Below, piece by piece: positions 55,686 through 64,000 of a DNA stretch of 64,000 nt (within the stretch, counting starts at the first letter, position 1; every line of letters begins with the position of its first letter). The stretch comes from Octopus sinensis. Lineage: Eukaryota. The DNA lies in assembly GCF_006345805.1 (NCBI RefSeq), contig NC_043001.1, forward strand, positions 127,038,001 through 127,102,000, written 5' to 3'. A program made the position numbers and the translations under genes. The notes under the pieces are model-generated. The model did no database searches. It had not been told where the DNA came from and worked only from the letters and a program-made list of their open reading frames with translations.

Positions 55686-56069
55686 TAGGCGTGGCTGTGT
55701 GGCAAGAAGTTTGCTTACCAACCACACCGTTCCGGGCTCAGTCCCACTGCATGGCACCTTGGGCAAGTGTCTTATGTTATAGCTCCGGGCCGGCCAAAGC
55801 CTTGTGAGTGGATTTGGTAGACGGAAACTGACAGAATCTTGTTGTATGTATATATATCTATGTATATAAGTCTTTGTGTTGCCCCCCCACCACCACTTGA
55901 CAACCCATGTTGATGCGTTTACATCGTTGTGACCCAATGGTTCAGCAAAAGACCGATAGAATAAGCACCAGGCTTAAAAGAAATAAGTTGTGGTCCATTC
56001 GTTCGTCTGAAATTCTTCAATGTCGTGCCTCAGCGTAACCGTAGTCTAATGATGGAAACAAGTAAAAGA
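55686..56069 (+). mobile_element. SINE family C, diverged
   Basis: Similar to 63018-63410. Further fragments are at 24260-24690, 33860-33975 and 39665-39800. Confidence 0.8.
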
Positions 56070-56151
56070 TGTGTGTGTGGATGGATGGATGGATGGATGG
56101 ATGGATGGACGGACGGGCGGACGGAAGGACGGACGGACGGGCGGACGGAAG

Positions 56152-56189
<38 letters not shown>

Positions 56190-56285
56190 TAGACAGACAG
56201 ATAGACAGACAGACAGATAGATCGGTAGATAGATAGATAGATAGATAGATAGACAGACAGATAGACAGACAGACAGATAGATCGG

Positions 56286-56347
<62 letters not shown>

Positions 56348-56348
56348 T

Positions 56349-56948
56349 GTTTCTTTATTAGCCACACAGGGCTGCACACAGATAGAACAAATTACAAGGT
56401 AGAGCTTTTCTTTTGAAGGTTTAAAAAAAAAAAAAAGGAAGGGCGAGTTTCGATCAAAAGGGATCGTAAAAGGAGAGAAAGAGGACAAAAAAAAGGGGGG
56501 TTGAAAAAAAAGGGGGAGAGGAAAAAAAAAAATTGATCAATAGGGATCGTTATCACAGAAATGTCAATATGAAGTGTAAAGGGGAGGACAGGTGAGGTTT
56601 ACCCGTGGAAAGAAAAGCCTACGGAAAAGACCACGGTAACCTCGGTCAATGAAGTCACATTTTATATTTCTTTTTTTTTTTTTTTTTTTTTTTTGCAAAT
56701 AAGCAACTCTCTGTTTTCGATTTCTGGGTTCATAGGACTATGCTCAAGGTGGCTTCGTCATTCATACGTGCCATTCTTGCTACATTCACCCATCTTTTTT
56801 TAAAACATTCGCTAGACAAAACTTGCCTCTCTACTCTCACTTTCCTTTTCAAGTGGTACTTGAAGAAGTTGATGAGAGATTGACCAGAGAGGAAAGTGTT
56901 TGTCTCCAATCCTTTCAGACGCGTCCACCAGATACATTCTTTCGCCAT
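56349..56948 (-). mobile_element. L1/Tx1-like LINE 3' end within (GATA)n
   Basis: MAKECIWWTR...FKKRW..VARM C-terminus, pyrimidine-rich 3' UTR, AATAAA and a (TATC)n tail. Confidence 0.75.
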
Positions 56949-56964
56949 AGATAGATAGATATAC

Positions 56965-57040
<76 letters not shown>

Positions 57041-57043
57041 CGG

Positions 57044-57086
<43 letters not shown>

Positions 57087-57087
57087 T

Positions 57088-57120
<33 letters not shown>

Positions 57121-57249
57121 CCTCATGCATGAATGTTGTGTAGGTTTGCTTACAAATCTGGCATGTCTGGTTTTTATGTGTACGCCTATAGCTAAAACTG
57201 TTACAACTATTTTGTTTCCGAGTGTCATACTTCTGCTATACCTGTTAAA

Positions 57250-57570
57250 GACTCCGCCGGTTACGACGACGAGGGTCCCAGCTGATACGATCAGCGGAAC
57301 AGCTTGCTCGTGAAATTAACGTGCAAGTGGCTGAGCACTCCACAGACACGTGTACCCTTAACGTAGTTCTCGGGGATAATCAGCGTGACACAGAGAGTGA
57401 CAAGGCTGACCCTTTGAAATACAAGTACAACTCATTTTTGCCACCTGAGTGGACTGGAGCAACGTGAAATAAAGTGTCTTGCTCAAGGACACAACGCGTC
57501 GCCGGGAATCGAACTCACAACCTTACGATCATGAGCCGAATGCCCTAACCACTAAGCCACGCGCCCTCAC
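57250..57570 (-). mobile_element. SINE family D head joined to the family B type-2 tail
   Basis: 14-bp TSD ctatacctgttaaa and a tRNA-like head. Confidence 0.9.
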
Positions 57571-57965
57571 CTATACCTGTTAAATGATAGTCAAAATATC
57601 TACAATTCGAGTTATTTGTAACTTATTATCCGTTCAAAAGACAGAATGAAGAAAGTGCTGTTTGTATTGTCGGGAAATTCTTTGGCCATTTAAGAACCCG
57701 ATTTCTTGCAGAGTTTCTAGAACCTGAAAGAAACGTGAGAAGAATAGGGTGGGGAACTGCAACGGGTATATCCCTTTTTCTATTTTTGATCTTTCTTTAC
57801 TCTAGCTATGACGTCAATGAGGATTGTTTGCGCATATGATTTGTATGTGTAGCCTGAGGTAGGAAAAAAGTTCTGGAATGTTTGTATTCGAGTGTGTGTG
57901 TGTGTGTGCGTGTGCGTGTGTGTCTGTGTGTGTGTGTGTGTGAGTTGGGGTGTGTGTGAGTGTGT

Positions 57966-58015
<50 letters not shown>

Positions 58016-58550
58016 GTGTGTGTGTGTAAGTGTGTTTTCTCATCGAAGCTGATTATTTTAGTCGAACAATGACGTGCTAACCTACCTCTCCGAGCAGTTT
58101 GTTAACCATCATTTTCTGAAAAATTAGAAGACCCGTCAGTGCGTCTGGTCGATTTGGCTTTCGAAATTAGTTTCGGTTTTCTGTGCTCGGGGTTCAAATC
58201 TTGTAGATGTCAACTTCATCTTTTATCCTTTCGAGGAACCAACCTATGATGCTCTGTTGATTAAATTCAAAGAGTTCCGGTTTCGGAGCCTTTGAGAGGA
58301 TCTGTTTTGAATTTTGGTGTTCTGACAATAATGCCAGCGATTACAATAATTCCAGGCTGTATCGGTATTGGCGTCACTTTTCTCTAGCAAAAGTTCAGTG
58401 ACATAGCTTCTTTCAGTTTTCGTCAACAAATCTGCAGAAGACACGCCTACACCTATGTGTTTGAGGGGGGTATATAGGTATATACACCACTACACACACA
58501 CACAGACAGACAGAAAGAGAAACAGACAGATTGACAGGCAGGCAGGCAGG

Positions 58551-58584
<34 letters not shown>

Positions 58585-58594
58585 TACAGACAGG

Positions 58595-58636
<42 letters not shown>

Positions 58637-58649
58637 TAGAGAAGACGTT

Positions 58650-58860
58650 TATTGTCGAAGTCATGATATTTAGTCTTGCGATGATGCAAAGTTCGCATTT
58701 TCTGCCCCTTCTCCTGTATTTGCCGGCCTTAGCTATAATGCGGCGGCTGCTTACTTCCTCTCCTTTGGTGTCCATACATTACTGGATAAAAATGTTGCAT
58801 GTCTTTTGTATTTATCGCTGAACGAGGGCAACGCTTTCAAAAAGCGCTATATGCAGCATT
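58650..58860 (-). mobile_element. Degenerate PLE endonuclease C-terminal fragment
   Basis: IIAKAGKYRRRGRKCELCII, compared with KILARCKPY..GRCGFCD at 33.3 kb. Confidence 0.45.
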
Positions 58861-58873
58861 ATATGAACATTGT

Positions 58874-59176
58874 GGAGGTGCAATGGCCCAGTGGTTAGGG
58901 CAGCGGACTCGCGGTCGTAGGATCGCGGTTTCGATTCCCAGACCGGGCTTTGTGAGTGTTTATTGAGCGAAAACACCTAAAAGCTCCACGATGCTCCGGC
59001 AGGGGGTGGTGATCCCCGCTGTACTCTTTCACTACTCTTTCTCCCACTCTTTCTTCTGTTGGCCTGCTCGCTTAGCCAGCGGGGTGGCGTCATTCGAAGG
59101 CTAAAACAATGCGAACGCATTGTGACCAGCGATGTGTAACAACATCTGATGGTCTGGTCGGTCACGTGATCACGTG
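58874..59176 (+). mobile_element. SINE family B, tail type 1
   Basis: TSD atatgaacatt. Matches 3832-4119. Confidence 0.9.
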
Positions 59177-59523
59177 ATATGAACATTATGCATAAAAGTA
59201 ACACGCCCCAATAAACTGATGCTGGGTTCCCCTATTACACAGATACCTGGGCAATACGCACATTCATGACATCACATGATTCACACAATAAAACACATAC
59301 ATACACAAACTTATAAATTTTCATCCCATGCACCAAAGTTGGCGTGAAAATGTGTGAAACTCCGCAATTATGTGCACATACTCATACACGAAAAAAACGC
59401 ATAAGGGCATAACGCAGGCGTATATATGGAGGAGATGCGTGAGTGTGTGTGCCTGTATACGTGTGTATGCGTGGCGTGCGAATTTTGTATGGACGTGCAT
59501 CTACACATCCATGTGTATTTATA

Positions 59524-59918
59524 TCTTTATATATAAAAGTGAAGTTGTGTGTCTGTCTCCTACGATTTAGATTCCTAACTACTCCCACATTTTGCGGTGC
59601 AGTGTAACCAAAAGCGGGTATCTTATAGTCGTGATTCATATCGAGCCCTTCTGGGTATTAGCGCGCGTCTACGATGAGTCTACGATTTAAAAAAAATTTA
59701 CCATCATTTTTTCCCATTTTTAATGCATTTTTTTGCTATTATATAAGGGAAGTAACTCTCTAAAAATGTATTATTAAATCTCAGAACGTAAAAAGCTACA
59801 GTAACCCCCCCCCTTTGTGGTTAGCCATATTGAGATAGCTATTATACTTTACATCTCTAAAAATGCTTATATAGTTATTTCCCTTACAAACCCGAGCAAC
59901 GCCGGGCGATACTGCTAG
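59524..59918 (+). mobile_element. Non-autonomous Helitron
   Basis: A|TC ... hairpin ... CTAG|T. Confidence 0.9.
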
Positions 59919-61224
59919 TTTATAAATATGAACATACACGAGCAGTCTCAAATAAACAGATTTAGGAGTTAATCAGTTTATGGCGAGCACATCAAGGCTA
60001 ATGCAAGAAAGACAACAATTATGATTATACAATAAGTGAGCTCCCATTATTTGTATATCTATTTATCCCAAAATCCTGTACAGTGTCGTGTAGCTACGTG
60101 TATTCTCATCCGAGACGGAGACGAGTGCCAACGTTCCCATGTGGCAGGACTGTGATTTCTCACTACATGAAATCATTGGTAGCCTTGTTTACCCACGATT
60201 AAAGTGAGTGAGTGTGTGTGTGAAATTGCTAAATGTTATTTATGACAAAGATTTAGAGTAAAATCTCTTAGTAGAGTCTGCCTGCGTTTTGCATCTTTTT
60301 TTGCTATCTCTCACTCCCATTCCATTTGTTGTCTTGTTTCCCTCTGCCAGCGTAACCAAGAGGACACTCATTGCGTTTATTATATGTAACATAGATTAGT
60401 TTCCTAGTTTTTGTGTCAGTCTTCAGAGACGAAATCAGGGGAACCAATGCACCAGCAAAGATAGGCAAAAAAGCGTTCAAAGTTATTGAACACTGACAGA
60501 TACTATGGATATATTCTGTTTTACCCTCCCGAAGACCTAGATCCATAATGCTTAACATTTTCATTGTACAAATTAATTGTTGCTCCTGCGGAATTCTATA
60601 TGCTCGAGTTCTTTGCTTTTATGTGATGAAACAGTGCACAGTTTGTTTGGTTTTTTTTTCGATTTATCACTATTAATGCATATTTGACTCACCGAAATGT
60701 ATTCCAATGTCTGGGCATTGCTGAGTCATATATTCAATTCCTTGTTGATATGGCTTATTTATATTTCTCACGAGCACGAAAAATAAAAGATGATTCTACA
60801 CTTGGGATATCCATTTAATGAGACAATATTTTGTGAGTAAGCAAGTATGACAGTGCATTTAACGAAAGACCAAAAGATCTGATGAGTTATCAAGTCACAA
60901 GAAGAATTTTTAGATACTGTATAATATATTGATTGGGAGAGAGGGGTTCTCCCAGTCACCGATATAAGGTGTTATAAGCACCTCACTTAGATATTCAATA
61001 ACAGTTACTATCTGTTCCTAAATTTTTGGCTAATTGTAAAACTGAGATTCTACTTACGCGACAAGTTATCAACAGATTTCTGCTAGACTAACCACATGCT
61101 GTCAAGTCCTTGTGATTCAATATTAAGTTATTCTGGATAATTTAGTTAATATGTAGTTGTCTCCACAATATTATTCTTCCTTCTTTCTTACAGATTGGTC
61201 AGGTATTATTGAAATAATAATTGT

Positions 61225-61596
61225 GGAGTGGAAGCACTCCGTCGGTTACGACGATGAGGGTTCCGGTTGATCCGAATCAACAGAACAGCCTGCTCGTGAA
61301 ATTAACGTGTAAGTGGCTGAGCACTCCACAGACACGTGCACCCTTAACGTAGTTCTCGGGGATATTCAGCGTGACACAGAGAGTGACAAGGCCGGCCCTT
61401 TGAAATACAGGAAGAAAGAGTGAGAGAAAGTTGTGGTGAAAGAGTACAGCAGGGATCAGCACCATCCCCTGCCGGAGCCTCGTGGAGCTTTAGGTGTTTT
61501 CGCTCAATAAACACTCACAACGCCCGGTCTGGGAATCGAAACCGCGATCCTATGACCGCGAGTCCGCTGCCCTAACCACTGGGCCATTGCGCCTCC
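61225..61596 (-). mobile_element. SINE family B, tail type 2
   Basis: TSD tgaaat(a/g)ataattg. Confidence 0.9.
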
Positions 61597-62136
61597 ACTG
61601 AAATGATAATTGGTAGTATAGTAAAAATAGACATTGGTTCTCGGTGTTTAACTTATACTTGATATTCTGGCAAGCTTTTGAAAGAAATATTTAATCTGTG
61701 TAGGTTAGTTATATTGAGAAATGATACGAAAGAAGCTATCTACAGTTACTCTATGTAGATTTAATAAGTCTTTTATCTCAGTATGTTAATATTTTGCGAT
61801 AATGACTGAGATTCAGAAAGCAATATCCTTTTCAGAAAATATACTGTTTAAGTTGAAGCTACCATAGACTAATTTAGAGTCTTTGTCAAAATCTATTGTG
61901 AACCCTATCTTTTATAGAACGTACTTTAATACTTCACCGGTGACTACAAGTTCATGTTTAATCGCATACAGACCTCAATTTAAGGTTTCATCATTCGCGT
62001 TCCCAAATCACTTTTCGTTATAGAATTCGGCAGATTCTTTTCAAGTTTAAAAGAGAACGTCTTACTACACTGAATAGAATTAATTTAATTAAATATGTTT
62101 ATTTGTGCAACACTTTTCTCTCTTCAGAAATATACC

Positions 62137-62358
62137 TATTTCTTTATTACCCACAAGGGGCTAAACATAGAGGGGACAAACAAGGACAGACTTACGTATT
62201 AATTCGATTACATCGACCCCAGTGCGTAACTGGTACTTATTTAATCGACCCCGAAAGGATGAAAGGCAAAGTCGACCTCGGCGGAATTTGAACTCAGAAC
62301 GTAGCGGCAGACGAAATACTGCTAAGCATTTCGTCCGGCGTGCTAACGATTCTGCCAG
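62137..62358 (-). mobile_element. SINE family A
   Basis: TSD cagaaatatacc. Confidence 0.9.
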
Positions 62359-62437
62359 AAATATACCGCAAATGAAAACTGCTAACCTCAACTCCACCAA
62401 AACCACCAAACCATGACCACAGAGGGAGTCCCTGCAC

Positions 62438-62602
62438 CAGTGGTTTTCAACCAGGGTTCGGCCAGTACAGTCCAGGGGTTCCGCAAGAAGTTACAAAACT
62501 GCTAAAATCGGCAGTAATTTTTAATTCTCCTGTGCAGGGGTTCCCCGAGCCAGTGGAATGTTTCCTTGGGGTTCCACTCCAGCAAAAAGTGTGAAAACAC
62601 TG
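62438..62602. mobile_element. hAT-type MITE
   Basis: TIR cagtggttttca/tgaaaacactg and 8-bp TSD ccct(g/a)cac. Confidence 0.85.
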
Positions 62603-63017
62603 CCCTACACGATCGCTCAGTCTCCTAGAAAGAGCTGTCAAATCTCTGTCAAATCACATCCTGTCATCTTAAAATATACAAGGAGATACTGGATAGTGTA
62701 GTCGTAAATGTCTTTAGAGTAGGTATGATTACGATTGGAATACATCGATTACTTGATTAAAGAGATGTTCAATTAAGACTGACCAAGAGCTGAATAACAA
62801 AAACAGCAACAACAATAACAACATTGACAAAATAACAGCCAACCGTGACGGTCCGCCTTGCTGTCGGACTTTAACAAGTATGGTGGAAATCTAGCTTTTT
62901 GAATATTGAAAACATATTTTCTCATTCAACAAATACACGTATAAATACGCACGTGCGTGCGGGTATTTGTGTGTGTTTGTGTATCTGTTGAATGAGGAAA
63001 ATAGATAGACACACATA

Positions 63018-63410
63018 GGCGCAGGAGTGGCTATGTGGTAAGTAGCTTGCTAACCAACCACATGGTTCCGGGTTCAGTCCCACTGCGTGGCATCTTGGGC
63101 AAGTGTCTTCTGCTATAGCCCCGGGCCGACCAATGCCTTGTGAGTGGATTTGGTAGACGGAAACTGAAAGAAGCCTGTCATATATATATATATGTGTGTA
63201 TGTGTGTGTTTGTGTGTCTGTGTTTGTCCCCCTAGCATTGCTTGACAACCGATGCTGGTGTGTTTACGTCCCCGTCACTTAGCGGTTCGGCAAAAAGGAC
63301 CGATAGAATAAGTACTGGGCTTACAAAGAATAAGTCCCGGGGTTGAGTTGCTCGACTAAAGGCGGTGCTCCAGCATGGCCGCAGTCAAATGACTGAAACA
63401 AGTAAAAGAG
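63018..63410 (+). mobile_element. SINE family C, full length
   Basis: Matches 30337-30730. Confidence 0.9.
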
Positions 63411-63808
63411 AAAAGAGAAAACATACACGCGTATACATACATATAACTACACACACACTCGTGTAGGTCTGTGCGTATGTGTATGTGCATGTGAGTGTGT
63501 GTGTGTGTGCGTGCGTGCGTGTGTATGTGTTGGTATGTGTGGGTGTGTTTGTGTGCCTGTTAATTGAGGAAAATAGACAGACACACATACACGTATACAT
63601 ACATATGACTACCTAGACACGTGTGGATCTGTGCGTGTACGTTTGCGTATGCGCGTGTATATATGTATGTATGTATTATGTATGTGCGTGCGTGTGTGCG
63701 CGTATGCGTGTGTGTGTGTTCGTGTGCATAGATATACATGTGTAAACAAATATATATATATATGCGTGTGTGTGTGTGTGTGTGTGTGCGTGTGTGTATT
63801 CTTTTGTT

Positions 63809-64000
63809 CTTTTACTTGTTTCAGTCATTTGACTACGGCCATGCTGGAGCACCGCCCTTAGTCGGACAAATCGACCCCAGGAGTTATTTTCTGTAAGCCT
63901 AGTGCTTATTCTATCGGTCTCTTTGCTGAACCGCTAAGTTACAAGTATGTAAACACTTCAACATCGGTGTTGTCAAGCAATGGTGCGCAGACTAACACAG
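63809..64000 (-). mobile_element. SINE family C 3' half, running off the window
   Basis: Inverted relative to 63018-63410. Confidence 0.85.

Noticed and set aside
60084-60203. 120-nt exon-like segment (cag|...|gtgagt)
   Set aside because: All three frames contain a stop. A non-coding or UTR exon cannot be supported without transcript data.
60304-60564. 86-aa ORF on the minus strand
   Set aside because: No recognisable motif, and its length is within chance expectation.

Overview
This is an AT-rich, microsatellite-dense eukaryotic window. The SINE and microsatellite landscape resembles an octopus or other cephalopod genome (inference), and no host protein-coding gene could be supported. Most of it is mobile DNA: three or four tRNA-derived SINE families, a near full-length CR1-group LINE with a CCCH ORF1, fragments of R4/Dong, REL-type, CR1 and L1/Tx1 LINEs, several Penelope-like elements (PLEs, one forming a 1.3-kb inverted repeat), Tc1/mariner and hAT derivatives, and Helitron pieces. 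The main hidden signal is about 17 type I hammerhead ribozyme (HHR) motifs, intact or degenerate, in roughly ten sequence families, nearly all with a palindromic or near-palindromic helix III. They occur in PLE pseudo-LTRs and in short non-coding elements embedded in (TA)n. Two of those elements have a retrozyme-like layout of direct repeats with one HHR each, predicting about 455-480 nt self-cleaved or circular RNAs. One HHR lies directly behind a tRNA-like Pol III head. Two SINE-LINE 3'-tail partnerships and a (GATA)n-associated L1/Tx1 element are also visible. All folds and alignments were done by eye, and boundaries of degenerate elements are approximate.
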